Below are positions 47,253-57,508 of a DNA stretch of 64,000 bases, piece after piece. Under the pieces are notes generated by a model. The model saw nothing but the letters and a program-made list of their open reading frames with translations, was not told the origin of the DNA and made no database searches. Every line of letters starts with the position of its first letter. The first letter of the stretch is position 1. The position numbers were made by a program, and so were the translations under genes. The DNA is taken from positions 4,013 through 68,012 of the IMG/VR virus record IMGVR_UViG_2830022421_000002. The stretch is one strand, 5' to 3'. Source of the DNA: a virus. Taxonomy: Duplodnaviria; Caudoviricetes.

Positions 47253-48038
47253 TCATACAGGAATGGGGTTTACATTCATTGTCTGTAAATTGAGGTATAG
47301 GCCCGAATAATCGACCATACCCTCACGGAATAATTTCCAAAGAAGGTTACATCCGAGCTGTGCAAGCGTCGAATTGATAAACATATCTTGTTTGCTTATC
47401 GCTTCGGCCAGGGAACACGACGGTCCCGAATCTTCCTCTTTTACTTTCTGCAGGGAAAACCGCTTTGTAACAAGGGGAAGGCTTGCCACAGTTTCTGTTT
47501 GTTCAGATGTTGGTTGTTTTATATCCGTAACTGTACCTAAGATAACCTGACCGGAGTTTACTGTATTACCAAAGTCCAGCCAGTAATAAGGCTGTATAAA
47601 AGGCGGATAGAAATGAGATCTCAATGTTGTTAAATACTTCGATATCTCAAGGCGGGATTTTACATTATCCACACAGGTTATAATGATATTGCTATGATTT
47701 TTACTGTCATACTTCTTATCTATAGCTTTCCATGCTGTTCCATAGAACCTGTTAATGCGTGTCACCAGTGCGATCGCTTTATTTAGTCCTATTTCTGTTT
47801 CACTGAAAAGCTGGCGCCCAATATTGGCATGAGTAACAATATCATCATCATAGGCAATAACATGTAAGCCAGGATGTCCTAAACTCATCAGACCCTGATT
47901 CATTCTAGCTAGACAGCTGAGAACCTGCGAACCAGTACCCCCGCATCCGACAACTGCAACAGTGACCTGATGGGTAGGATTGATAATATAATTCTCTGCA
48001 AAATGTCGTCTTTGTTTATTTGTCAGATTCTTTTTCAT
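47253..48038 (-). CDS. PRTRC-system ThiF/E1-like protein, 261 aa
   Basis: VVGCGGTGS, DDDIVTHANIGRQ, TCVDN, YWLDFGN, CSLAEAISKQDMFIN. Confidence 0.9.
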   Translation of the reverse strand: MKKNLTNKQRRHFAENYIINPTHQVTVAVVGCGGTGSQVLSCLARMNQGLMSLGHPGLHVIAYDDDIVTHANIGRQLFSETEIGLNKAIALVTRINRFYGTAWKAIDKKYDSKNHSNIIITCVDNVKSRLEISKYLTTLRSHFYPPFIQPYYWLDFGNTVNSGQVILGTVTDIKQPTSEQTETVASLPLVTKRFSLQKVKEEDSGPSCSLAEAISKQDMFINSTLAQLGCNLLWKLFREGMVDYSGLYLNLQTMNVNPIPV

Positions 48039-48711
48039 TTAATAAATCTTTTAGGGTTATATCACTCAATAGCAATACTTCTTCGTCAAATTTCTCTTTC
48101 GATTTCTTAGTAACCAGTACAAGGTTTCCCTTTATAGGATTTCTCCCCAGATGTGAGAACTCGGTAAGCCAGAACTTATCTTCCCAATATTTAAAGAAAT
48201 CATTGAAAGATGGATTACTTGGATATGTTACCTCAGCTCTACCAATGCAAACTGCAGCATCTGTTACATTGAAATAAGGCGCTTTGAATAATTGGTTTTT
48301 AGGTTTCTTTCCCTTAAAAGCATACACATTCAGCTTTTCCCCATTGACAACATAGATGATCCCCGGAACACAATACTCTCCATCTTCAATATTCAGGCTC
48401 TGGGTAAAATACATCATCCGTTTTCGTGGCGGGTTATACCAGATGTATTTTTGATGTCCTACCCGATTATCGAAGTATAAAAGATTGGAAGGTGTGCAAC
48501 CGTGTGGCTCCATACTGAATTCCACACTGAAACTACTTGCGATCTCTGATATACATTCGACAGTAAGCGGAGAACCTACCCCCATAACATAACCCTCATC
48601 TCTTTTATTAATGGAATGTGATTCGAAATAGTAATCTTCCTGATTCTTATAGCCTACGATCGACACAAAGGGCTTTAACTCCCTGTAAATCTTATCGTCA
48701 ATTCTTCTCAT
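48016..48711 (-). CDS. PRTRC-system protein B (prokaryotic E2-like), 231 aa
   Basis: PSNLLY, WYNPP, PGIIY, APYFNV...VCIG (putative catalytic Cys), FWLTEFSH. Confidence 0.85.
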   Translation of the reverse strand: MRRIDDKIYRELKPFVSIVGYKNQEDYYFESHSINKRDEGYVMGVGSPLTVECISEIASSFSVEFSMEPHGCTPSNLLYFDNRVGHQKYIWYNPPRKRMMYFTQSLNIEDGEYCVPGIIYVVNGEKLNVYAFKGKKPKNQLFKAPYFNVTDAAVCIGRAEVTYPSNPSFNDFFKYWEDKFWLTEFSHLGRNPIKGNLVLVTKKSKEKFDEEVLLLSDITLKDLLNEKESDK

Positions 48712-49864
48712 GGATGTCTAATACTGATATTAATAAATCTTTTTTCTCGTAGTCCTCAAAAGCTGATATCAAATCTTCTAGCCACCAAAAGAACAATTCA
48801 GGTGAACGGGGAAGAAGTGGTTTATCCTGGTCTGGCGTTACAATTATTTCTGTTGAAGGTATGTGATCCATATAAATCTCAAATGCAGATGAATATAAAG
48901 CCTGTTCAATATTTTGTTCCAGAAATTCAGTGAGCTTGTCCTGAGTGTCATATACAAAGCGGAATAACTGATTCATTTCAAAAATCTCGTAGCCGTCATG
49001 ATCATACTCTCCGTCCTCATTCATTTCCTGATCTTCATACATTTGGTCATAAGCATGGAGCATGTGCTTCTGTACATAAGTGTTTTCAAGAAGTGGAATA
49101 CCTCTTTCGATCAGGATTAGTATTTTCTTTTCGGCTTCGTTTTTTGGCTTGAAGTTTTTGAGAGATTTTTTAAGCTTTTCGGTGTCACTTTTTTCTTTAT
49201 CCAGATATTTGAAAAGCATATCAATCTTTCCACCCTCTTTGCATCCTTCATACAATTGCATAAGCTCTTTATCATCCTCAGAAATATCTTTTAAATTAAT
49301 CCCATTTTTACAATGCCATTCGCACTCTTCAACAAATCTGAGATAGTCCCACTCTTCAGATAGAACTGCAGCACCGTAAGATTTTAAACAGAGGAGTAAA
49401 TGGGTGATAATCTTTTTGAATTTTCCTTTTGCCTTATGTAAGATATTACACGGTATATAATACCTCTTATCCATGAAGAAATTAGTATCAAAATAGATAT
49501 AGAATGACGGTAAGCCTTCATGATCAACGATTGTCATGTCCTGCCGATCTTCCAATATCCCTTTCATGTAACTTAGCAGATTCCTAATATCATGATCTTT
49601 CGGTGGTGGGTTAGAACTGCCTACAAGCTTAGAATAATTCTCTGCCGACTGATACAGATATTCGTAACTATCGAAAGTAAATACCGGTAGAACTGCCCCC
49701 GCAGTTTTAGTAGTAAAAACGGTCTTTAGAAAACAATATCCTGTTTCAATCCTTTTGGAAGAACCCGCTTGTAGTTCTTCACCCCTTGGGAGATATCCCC
49801 CCTCTCGATTTCCCGAGAGAGGATATTTCCCAATGCTTTGTATGTTATGGTTAGTCGCTGACAT
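48698..49864 (-). CDS. PRTRC-cassette accessory protein (protein F position), 388 aa
   Basis: Synteny between proteins C and B; acidic C-terminus. Confidence 0.5.
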   Translation of the reverse strand: MSATNHNIQSIGKYPLSGNREGGYLPRGEELQAGSSKRIETGYCFLKTVFTTKTAGAVLPVFTFDSYEYLYQSAENYSKLVGSSNPPPKDHDIRNLLSYMKGILEDRQDMTIVDHEGLPSFYIYFDTNFFMDKRYYIPCNILHKAKGKFKKIITHLLLCLKSYGAAVLSEEWDYLRFVEECEWHCKNGINLKDISEDDKELMQLYEGCKEGGKIDMLFKYLDKEKSDTEKLKKSLKNFKPKNEAEKKILILIERGIPLLENTYVQKHMLHAYDQMYEDQEMNEDGEYDHDGYEIFEMNQLFRFVYDTQDKLTEFLEQNIEQALYSSAFEIYMDHIPSTEIIVTPDQDKPLLPRSPELFFWWLEDLISAFEDYEKKDLLISVLDIHEKN

Positions 49865-49868
49865 TTTT

Positions 49869-50084
49869 TCATCCTTTCGTTCCTACAGTCGTTTTGAACT
49901 TGTAAATCATCTTATCATTTTCGACAGTGGGCCCGTGTACCGTGGCTGTTGTCAGTTCGGAGTGCTGCGATGAATAATGGTTCATCACTTGATCGGGTGT
50001 CATGGCAGGGTTAGGATCCTGCAATACTGTTCTTGATTTCTCAATGATGAACTCACGTATGAGTTCTTTTGTATTTAGTGCCAT
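49869..50084 (-). CDS. PRTRC-system protein C (ubiquitin-like), 71 aa
   Basis: LQDPNPAMTPDQVMNHYS, YKFKTTVGTKG with a C-terminal Gly. Confidence 0.88.
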   Translation of the reverse strand: MALNTKELIREFIIEKSRTVLQDPNPAMTPDQVMNHYSSQHSELTTATVHGPTVENDKMIYKFKTTVGTKG

Positions 50085-50089
50085 AATTA

Positions 50090-50560
50090 TTAAAATAAGC
50101 TGGTTTGACTTAATGAGTTGGTTAGTTCATCCACCTTGCGGGATGCTTTAGAGTGTTTCGGTTCTTTTTCCAGAACCTTTTTATACTCGGCCAATGCTTC
50201 TGATAGCTTGCCGTCTGTTTCGTACTTCTCAGCGTCTTTAATCATTTTTCCAATGATATCGCTAACCTCTTTAGCTGCTTTTGTGCTGCCAGCTGCCGCT
50301 TCGACTCCTTTCTCATATTCAGCGATATTGGATATGATTCCGCCCGATAATTGAAGTGGTCTGGTTATCTCACTGACGAATCCCTCGTCAAGTTCCTCAG
50401 CTGTACCGGTAAGGGTTAGTGGTTTGATTTTCTTTACAGCATCGTCTTTGACGCCATTATCGAGGTGCAATACTGTGACAGTCATATTGACGCCTGTCTT
50501 GTGGATGGTGATTGATACCGATTGTCCGGCAGCAATCATTTCGTTTATCTCTTTAAACAT
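50090..50560 (-). CDS. PRTRC-system protein E with a C-terminal TPR-like hairpin, 156 aa
   Basis: MFKEI, PLTLTGTAEELDEGF, EALAEYKKVLEKEPKH. Confidence 0.85.
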   Translation of the reverse strand: MFKEINEMIAAGQSVSITIHKTGVNMTVTVLHLDNGVKDDAVKKIKPLTLTGTAEELDEGFVSEITRPLQLSGGIISNIAEYEKGVEAAAGSTKAAKEVSDIIGKMIKDAEKYETDGKLSEALAEYKKVLEKEPKHSKASRKVDELTNSLSQTSLF

Positions 50561-50571
50561 GATTATGAAAT

Positions 50572-51699
50572 TTAGTCAATTAATAATAGTGGCATTAATA
50601 AAAGAGTGAGTTCTGTGTCCTCATCGTCCTCTACAGGCTTGACAAGCATTGCCCGGCTCGGTTCTGAGAATGACATTACAACATCATCCGGAGCTCCAGC
50701 TAACAGGTCTTTCATAAATGTACCTTTGAATCCTATCTTTATGGCATCTGTAGCACCTTCTTTCAGTTCTTCTTTTGCCGATTTATTGAAATCAACATCA
50801 GCAGAAGAAAAAACACAACTTTCAGTACTTGCTTCCAGCTTTATCATATTGGTTGCCATATTGGAAGTGATAAGCAGACGATCGATGATGCTTACAAGGT
50901 CTTTTTTTGCGACCTGAACAGTTATATTATTATTCTGTGGAATAACTGAATTGTAGTTCGGGTAACGCCCCTCGATAAGCCTTGCGGTTAATGTTGTAGG
51001 ACCTACTGTTATCCACACCCTGTTTTCTGTTGCTTTCAGATAAGCATTCCTGTCCTCATCGCTCACATCATCAATATATTTCATAAGTAGGATAACTGCC
51101 ATTTTGGGAAGATTGACAGGTTTCAGGTCGATTCCTTTCATGGTGAAATCTGTGTACTTCGATAAGCGGTGCCCATCGGAAGCAACAAAGGTCACACAAT
51201 CCTTTTGGATATCCATAAACACACCATTCATCACCGGGCGAAGCTCATCATTGGCCGACTGCTTAATGTTCTTCCCGAGTGCAACCTTCAGACGATCGGC
51301 AGGGATAAGATAGGCCACTTCTTCGGTATCTTCCATCTTTGAATAATCTCCCTTGTCGAGTATTGCAATCTTGAATTCTCCCGAACCGTGTAATACAGTT
51401 GCCTGATAGGCTTTAGGATTTATCTCGATTGAGATAGGCTGAACGGGAAGAGTTTTCATTGTGTCCAGTATTGTTGTGTCTAGGCAGAAGATAGAATCAC
51501 CCTCTGGCTGACTTACCTTGAGGAAAGTTTCAATCTGGATATTCGTGTCGCTTCCTGTCAGGGTCAATACATCGCCTTTTAGTTCACACAGTATATTGTC
51601 ATATACCGGCAGTGTGTTTTTGCCGTTGATAGCCCCGCAAACCTTTTGCAGGTGCTTTTGTAGTAGAGATTTGTCTACTATGAACTTAGTTTCTTTCAT
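50572..51699 (-). CDS. dnaN: Phage-encoded DNA polymerase III beta sliding clamp, 375 aa
   Basis: LTLTGSD, ELRPVMNGV, VASDGHRL, RLIEGRYPNYNSVIP, IGFKGTFMKDLL, LLLMP. Confidence 0.92.
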   Translation of the reverse strand: MKETKFIVDKSLLQKHLQKVCGAINGKNTLPVYDNILCELKGDVLTLTGSDTNIQIETFLKVSQPEGDSIFCLDTTILDTMKTLPVQPISIEINPKAYQATVLHGSGEFKIAILDKGDYSKMEDTEEVAYLIPADRLKVALGKNIKQSANDELRPVMNGVFMDIQKDCVTFVASDGHRLSKYTDFTMKGIDLKPVNLPKMAVILLMKYIDDVSDEDRNAYLKATENRVWITVGPTTLTARLIEGRYPNYNSVIPQNNNITVQVAKKDLVSIIDRLLITSNMATNMIKLEASTESCVFSSADVDFNKSAKEELKEGATDAIKIGFKGTFMKDLLAGAPDDVVMSFSEPSRAMLVKPVEDDEDTELTLLLMPLLLID

Positions 51700-51715
51700 A
51701 AAAATTAATATTGCG

Positions 51716-52327
51716 TTATAAAAAACAGTTGTTTATTTTCTTTTTTCTTTTTTCTTTTTTACTCTTTTTCCCACCTTTTTTATTCAAGGCGCCCATATAG
51801 AAAGGCTGATTATTTTCGGTTAGGTCTGGAGTATAAAGAGCATCTTTAGGAGAGAGTGCCAGTTCATCCCTAATCTTCATTGGTGGCATTGATTCAATAA
51901 ACTTTTCAGAAAAGACATCTGATCCGGAAGCGATATCAACACCAACTATCATTGCATTCTTGCCTATTTGTTCAGCAGCATCCAGAGCAGCTTTAAAAAT
52001 GGAATTATCCATACCCGGGCCAACAATAGCAATCCGTTTATTTTTTTCTAACAGAGTAGCAATATCTCCGATTGGGTAAGAATTTTCAGTGATACTGTCA
52101 ATAGCCGTTGAATATCTTTCGATTGAAGGATTGAAGCCGTTATACACAAAACCATCATCGAAATGCAGAATTTCAAAGAATGGATCAATAGAATCGACAA
52201 GAACCCATTCACCGCCATATTTATCATTTAGCTTCTGTTGAATTTCCCGGCATTGTTCCTGACTACAGGATAGCAATACTTTTTCTGATGTTCTGTGCTT
52301 GGCAAATATTTTAAAATTGAATATCAT
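51716..52327 (-). CDS. Hypothetical protein with a basic C-terminus, 203 aa
   Basis: ORF in the replication cluster. Confidence 0.5.
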   Translation of the reverse strand: MIFNFKIFAKHRTSEKVLLSCSQEQCREIQQKLNDKYGGEWVLVDSIDPFFEILHFDDGFVYNGFNPSIERYSTAIDSITENSYPIGDIATLLEKNKRIAIVGPGMDNSIFKAALDAAEQIGKNAMIVGVDIASGSDVFSEKFIESMPPMKIRDELALSPKDALYTPDLTENNQPFYMGALNKKGGKKSKKEKRKKKINNCFL

Positions 52328-52329
52328 GA

Positions 52330-52725
52330 TTATGTTTCTTTTATTTTTATTCCATATATCTGGAACATTAGTTTCTTCTTGATCCTGTATGCTTCGGTCT
52401 TTACGCCTTTCGCGTCCTCAACCACAAGCTCTTTGTTATTACAGTTATCGTTGTAGGTAAAGTCAGCATAATAGGAGCAGCTTTTTTCGATACATACCTT
52501 TTTCAACTTTAATTTCGTTTTTAGCTGGACAGGTATTTCATCGTATTGAGCCGGAATAAGAAGAAAAGGAACTTGTTCTTTCAGATTGGAAATAAGCCCC
52601 TGTTGTTCCATCAGCTTCAACTGTCCGGCACGCTCACTCTCTTTCTTGGAATCGTATTTCCCTGTTTTCTTGTTCCGGTACTTGGAACTCCGTTTTCCCA
52701 ATTTTCGATAGTCCTTTACATTCAT
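52330..52725 (-). CDS. DUF1064-type PD-(D/E)xK endonuclease-like protein, 131 aa
   Basis: KYRNKK, YDSKKE, YYADFTY, VEDAKG, YRIKKKL. Confidence 0.8.
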   Translation of the reverse strand: MNVKDYRKLGKRSSKYRNKKTGKYDSKKESERAGQLKLMEQQGLISNLKEQVPFLLIPAQYDEIPVQLKTKLKLKKVCIEKSCSYYADFTYNDNCNNKELVVEDAKGVKTEAYRIKKKLMFQIYGIKIKET

Positions 52726-52814
52726 ATCTTACAACTATTTTAGTTTGACCTTTACGGTTAATTCTTCCGATCATTTGTTTTTGGATATCGGTTAATTTAT
52801 TTTCCATATTTCTT

Positions 52815-54485
52815 TTATACGTTAAAGATGTTAGCGACCATATCTATCATGTTCGTTTCGACAGTATCGACCGAACCGGTGACGGCATTGGCAATGTTTT
52901 TCTTTTCCTGAATGATTTTATAAACCTTTTCATCGATCGTGTTCTGACCGAGAAAGTAATAGACCATAACAGACCCCTTTTGTCCGATCCTGTGTAATCT
53001 GTCCTCACATTGTATACAATCCGCATACGTCCATGGGAACTCTACAAAGGCAACGTTCTGGCAGACCTTTTGCAATCCATCCACACCAACACCAGCCGCT
53101 TTAATAGAGCAGATAATGATAGGTATATCGGGGTTACTCTGGAAACTGTCAATCGATCTCTGTTTGTCCTCTGCAGTATCACCCCCGCGGATGGTTACCG
53201 CTTCGGGAAAGTATTTCATAAGCGCCTCGGCTACTTCCCTGAGGTGGATAAACAGTACCATCTTTTGTCCGCTCTGGATAAAGTCCTCAACGAACTCGAT
53301 AACATCCTTTATCTTTCCCCTGGCTGATACGTTGCGCAAAATCTGTATACGAACCATCACTTCCCCACGCATCGACTTGGCAATCTTTGCATCATCAGCA
53401 TCTTTATATTTACGCAGGTACTCAATGAGGTTTTTCTCTGCGTCCATATATTCCCTTCGGTTTGTAATCTCACAAGTAAGAACCTGACGTACTTTATCGG
53501 GTAGATCCTTTAGTACTTCTTTCTTTTCTCTGCGGAAGAAACAATTTTGCCTGAGTATCTGATTTAACTCTCTGAGGTTGCTTGCTTTATTGGGGCCGGA
53601 GCAATAACGCTTAATAAAGTTCTGATATCCGCCGAAGTTTTGAAGTTGTCCCATAATACCCAGCTGTGGTGCTAAGTCTTTGGGCTTATTTACGACCGGA
53701 GTACCCGACAGGCAGATAACCATTTCCTTGCCGTTGGCTATACCCATTGTCAGCTTACTTTGCTGTGCGGAGAAATCTTTGCACTTATGAGATTCATCGA
53801 CAATAACCGATTTGAACAGCTTGATTATATCTCGGAATACAACATCGGCAAGCATCCACCCTTTGGGTTTCAATAGCTTCTGTACGAAAAACTTTTTCAG
53901 TGATTCATAATTAACGATAAATACCTGATTCATGCCAGCTTCCCAAAAGAAAGGCCATGTGTCGACTACTTTATCATCAAGTATCATGGCTTTTTTATCG
54001 GTGAACTTATGCCATTCCCGCTGCCAGTTTATTTTTATGGCGCTAGGGCAAATAACAAGACAAGGAAAAGCATCGGCCAGATTTACCGTACCGATGCTTT
54101 GAAGTGTCTTTCCCAGTCCGGGATCGTCCCCGTTGAGGAAGCGTTTGAACTTTAGCCCTGTTGCGATACCATCGCCCTGATAGGGGTAAGGGTTTACTTT
54201 CAGTTGATGGGGTATAATAAGTTTCTCCAGCTCGACAGGGGTATAGTCAACATAGACGTTTTTGGGCGGTTCTCCCATAATTACATCAGTGATGAATTTA
54301 GCGTACCGTGCGAACTTTTCTATTTCCAACTGGTATGCTGCTGAGATAGTCCAATACTTTCCAAGGTATCTCGCATCCGTCCTTGTCTTGATATCCTGTA
54401 GCTTACGTACCAATTTCGGATGATAGTCGAAGTATATTTCATAATAGCTTCCAAGATTACCCGTTTTCAGTACAATATTTACCAT
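52815..54485 (-). CDS. SNF2-family helicase, 556 aa
   Basis: PYPYQ, DDPGLGKT, IVDESH, LSGTP, AAGVGVDGL, QCEDRLHRIGQ. Confidence 0.9.
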   Translation of the reverse strand: MVNIVLKTGNLGSYYEIYFDYHPKLVRKLQDIKTRTDARYLGKYWTISAAYQLEIEKFARYAKFITDVIMGEPPKNVYVDYTPVELEKLIIPHQLKVNPYPYQGDGIATGLKFKRFLNGDDPGLGKTLQSIGTVNLADAFPCLVICPSAIKINWQREWHKFTDKKAMILDDKVVDTWPFFWEAGMNQVFIVNYESLKKFFVQKLLKPKGWMLADVVFRDIIKLFKSVIVDESHKCKDFSAQQSKLTMGIANGKEMVICLSGTPVVNKPKDLAPQLGIMGQLQNFGGYQNFIKRYCSGPNKASNLRELNQILRQNCFFRREKKEVLKDLPDKVRQVLTCEITNRREYMDAEKNLIEYLRKYKDADDAKIAKSMRGEVMVRIQILRNVSARGKIKDVIEFVEDFIQSGQKMVLFIHLREVAEALMKYFPEAVTIRGGDTAEDKQRSIDSFQSNPDIPIIICSIKAAGVGVDGLQKVCQNVAFVEFPWTYADCIQCEDRLHRIGQKGSVMVYYFLGQNTIDEKVYKIIQEKKNIANAVTGSVDTVETNMIDMVANIFNV

Positions 54486-54488
54486 ATC

Positions 54489-55106
54489 CTAGAATTCTGC
54501 TACTACTTCTGTTTCTGCTTTCTTTTTCTTTCCTGAACCTTTCCTCTTTTTCAGTTCGGTAAGGTTCTCACCCGTATTCTCTGCTTCGGCAATGTTCCGG
54601 GCCTCTTCGTCCGAATGAGGAGCGAACTCCATTTCTGATTGTTTTACTCCGAACTTGCCATTTTCCAGATATTCCTTTACTTCATATTCGCAAGCCTCAA
54701 CAGCTAACTGCAATTCGGAAGAGAAAGGATAATCTTCACTTTCGTATTGGGTAAATGGCATATTCACCGGAAGAACTTTGCTGCCTTTCAGTAACCTTTG
54801 TGCAACGATGCTCACACCTGCAGATTCATCACTGCCACCGATGGAGAAACCGGTAACGACAATATTTTTTAGTTCCTCATGAATAGTATCGAGGTTGCTT
54901 TCATCGATATTATTCATTTCGGGCATTTCACAGACACAGACAACATGGGCTTTCAGTTTATCGAACGCCAGCTGTAAGTCCGGGTGGATGATCTGCGGAC
55001 ACGTCCTGTTTACCTCATCGGTATAATCGCCCTCACTTTTGTAATCATCATAAGTGATTACCAAGCCACCGTTCTTGATGGCTACCTTTTTAATGTCTTT
55101 AATCAT
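54489..55106 (-). CDS. Hypothetical phage protein, 205 aa
   Basis: ORF in the recombination cluster. Confidence 0.55.
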   Translation of the reverse strand: MIKDIKKVAIKNGGLVITYDDYKSEGDYTDEVNRTCPQIIHPDLQLAFDKLKAHVVCVCEMPEMNNIDESNLDTIHEELKNIVVTGFSIGGSDESAGVSIVAQRLLKGSKVLPVNMPFTQYESEDYPFSSELQLAVEACEYEVKEYLENGKFGVKQSEMEFAPHSDEEARNIAEAENTGENLTELKKRKGSGKKKKAETEVVAEF

Positions 55107-55146
55107 ATTTTTCTCTGTTTTATTAAATAAAAAAAGAGGAGAATGT

Positions 55147-55554
55147 TTAAAATCCCCCTCTCGATGTATATTGCATTTCTGTTTTTGCCTTACTTATGAT
55201 CGTCCGGCACCAGTCTATCTGATGCGTACAGGCAGCATTTAGCCGTTCAATAAGATCTACCAAATACTGTTCTTCTTTCGATGCCGATTTTACAAGTTTA
55301 TTAATAGCGGAAGGTGTAGCTCCGGCATGTTTAGCTGCATCTTTTAGGATTTCAAACACATCTGTCTTGGTTGTAGTGTTCAAATGATATTTAGCATCGG
55401 CCAGCATCTTTGTGGTTCGTGCGAGATAAGCAGATAAATCGTTACCACGCTGTACCGCCTCTTCGGGGTTCTCACTCATTACCATATCGAGGTAGTCCTG
55501 TATTTTGTAGGCCTCTTTCAGTAAATCCTCTTTCGATGTTATATGTAATTCCAT
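55147..55554 (-). CDS. Hypothetical coiled-coil phage protein, 135 aa
   Basis: ORF flanked by hairpins. Confidence 0.55.
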   Translation of the reverse strand: MELHITSKEDLLKEAYKIQDYLDMVMSENPEEAVQRGNDLSAYLARTTKMLADAKYHLNTTTKTDVFEILKDAAKHAGATPSAINKLVKSASKEEQYLVDLIERLNAACTHQIDWCRTIISKAKTEMQYTSRGGF

Positions 55555-55587
55555 AGGGTAAAAAAGGGAGCGGTTATACTCCCTTGG

Positions 55588-55800
55588 TTAAGAATTGTTT
55601 TTTTCAACTGTTTTTTCGCATTGAGAAATAGCCCAGTCAATTTTCTCTGAATCCATATCATCAACAACCTGATTTATATCTTTATCGAGATTTTGATGAG
55701 AATACATTCGTTTAAACATGAGTTGTTGTGCTTCGTTACAATTAGCTAGAAGTTCCTTTAAATATGTCTTTCCCATATCAATATAAGTTTGATTCTTCAT
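55588..55800 (-). CDS. Hypothetical protein, 70 aa
   Basis: Tightly packed ORF. Confidence 0.5.
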   Translation of the reverse strand: MKNQTYIDMGKTYLKELLANCNEAQQLMFKRMYSHQNLDKDINQVVDDMDSEKIDWAISQCEKTVEKNNS

Positions 55801-55803
55801 ATC

Positions 55804-56604
55804 TTATTCTGTTATATTAAATATTTTCTTATCTGTAATCACATCCCGATGTGCTTCTATGAACTCAATGAGTCCTTCGCATACTTCCACCAGTCGCGGA
55901 ATATCCCTGTCAGGAACATAGCTGTAATGCTCCGAAAAGGTTTCGTACTCTGTGCCTGATTTCTTGTCATTGTACTGAGCAATATTATACTCGAAGTCGG
56001 TTATATTATTCCCTTCCTGATTGAGAGTGAACGGATATACAATATGTTGCCAGTTTCTTCTGAACTTGCCGACTGTATAGCTCTTAGTAAACTTGATATC
56101 ATGTACACATAAGGGCATCAGTTCGTCAATATATCCGTATAGCCTGACATCACCATAGCGAGTGGATAATATCCCGGCAGTGAATAGTTGAGTAATAGCA
56201 CCCTTGTAGTATTCCGCAAATTCCTTACAGACAGAAAGGTCATACTCAAACATGAAATCATTTATACATGCTACAACCTTTTGAGATTCGGGCAAAATGA
56301 TAACAACAGTCTTTTCCCCATTGTAGATATATACATTCTTCTGAACCTCTTTGAATGTTCTTTCAATCAGGCAATCGACAATATCATTAAAAGCCGTACC
56401 TCTATCTGCTGCTGCACTCTTGAAAGGCACACGGTTAATCTGGTTGATTAAGTCCTGCCTTTGCTTTTCCTCGAACTCTTCTTCGGTAAATGGGGGCTCC
56501 TCGCTGAACCCCCAGTACTGATTGTAAATAATTCGGAAATCGAGATAACTTTGATACTTATCGAGGAGAGTCGCATAGAATTGATATCTAAGCGGCTGGT
56601 TCAT
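55804..56604 (-). CDS. Putative PD-(D/E)xK exonuclease, 266 aa
   Basis: DRGTAFN, YGYIDEL, HDIKFT, WQHIVY; coupled to the AAA ATPase gene. Confidence 0.6.
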   Translation of the reverse strand: MNQPLRYQFYATLLDKYQSYLDFRIIYNQYWGFSEEPPFTEEEFEEKQRQDLINQINRVPFKSAAADRGTAFNDIVDCLIERTFKEVQKNVYIYNGEKTVVIILPESQKVVACINDFMFEYDLSVCKEFAEYYKGAITQLFTAGILSTRYGDVRLYGYIDELMPLCVHDIKFTKSYTVGKFRRNWQHIVYPFTLNQEGNNITDFEYNIAQYNDKKSGTEYETFSEHYSYVPDRDIPRLVEVCEGLIEFIEAHRDVITDKKIFNITE

Positions 56605-57508
56605 ACTCGTCAGTGTCTTTGTTATACTTCAAATTCAGTTCGGCCAGCTTATCGGAAAACAGTTTTCTGGCCACCACCATAGAATTACCAACATGGGCGA
56701 AGTTCTTTATCCTTCCGGCAAAGTCTTTTGCAGACAAAGCATCTGTAATCAGGATAATATTGTCTTTCAGTTCGGCAATGACCTGATTGTATTTCTCTGT
56801 TTCGGCGTCCCTGTCGTCAAGCCGTTTCATATATGGAGCAATAACCATATCCTGTAAAGCGGTATTTTTATGAGTAGGGTTACCATTTGCATCCACAATC
56901 ATAGGAATGTTTATTACCGATGGCAGGTTACAGGTGTTCTTACCATCGTTACGGTCTGTCGGGTCAAATGTGATAGTCCATTTTTTCTCCCTTACTTCCA
57001 TATATCCCAACAAGTCTAGTTCGGTAACAATGGAATTATAATTCTTTTCCCGAAGAGCTGGAATAAACACCGTATTGTCACCCTCTTTACGTGTATCACG
57101 GTGGCAGATAAATACCTGATGCTTTTGCAGAGAAGAGAGTTTACGGGTAAATGTACCGAACTCAGCGTTAATGCCGTTCCAATCCTGGACACGGGGAACT
57201 CTTCCGGGACATTTGTAGTCGATAATGAAATCCATCATTTTGCCAAGTGTGTCCACAACAATAGTATCGAATGCGGAAAGATCCTCATTCAAGACATTCA
57301 TTGCTTCAGTCCAGTTAGCTACTTGGACAATGCCGACATCGTGAAGATGTGCTTTGTTTACACGCTTAGCGCCACCATCGAAGTCAATCAATAGTGCTTT
57401 TGGAGCTGACAAGCCAAGGGTTGTTTTACCCATACCGGCCTGTCCATAGATTAAGATTTTAAGGAAACGGGGTATTTCCAGTTCGTTGAATTTTCTGATT
57501 AAAGTCAT
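56588..57508 (-). CDS. AAA_24 / Sak4-like ATPase (single-strand annealing), 306 aa
   Basis: YGQAGMGKT, LIDFDGG, IVVDT, FDPTDRNDGKN. Confidence 0.85.
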   Translation of the reverse strand: MTLIRKFNELEIPRFLKILIYGQAGMGKTTLGLSAPKALLIDFDGGAKRVNKAHLHDVGIVQVANWTEAMNVLNEDLSAFDTIVVDTLGKMMDFIIDYKCPGRVPRVQDWNGINAEFGTFTRKLSSLQKHQVFICHRDTRKEGDNTVFIPALREKNYNSIVTELDLLGYMEVREKKWTITFDPTDRNDGKNTCNLPSVINIPMIVDANGNPTHKNTALQDMVIAPYMKRLDDRDAETEKYNQVIAELKDNIILITDALSAKDFAGRIKNFAHVGNSMVVARKLFSDKLAELNLKYNKDTDEYEPAA

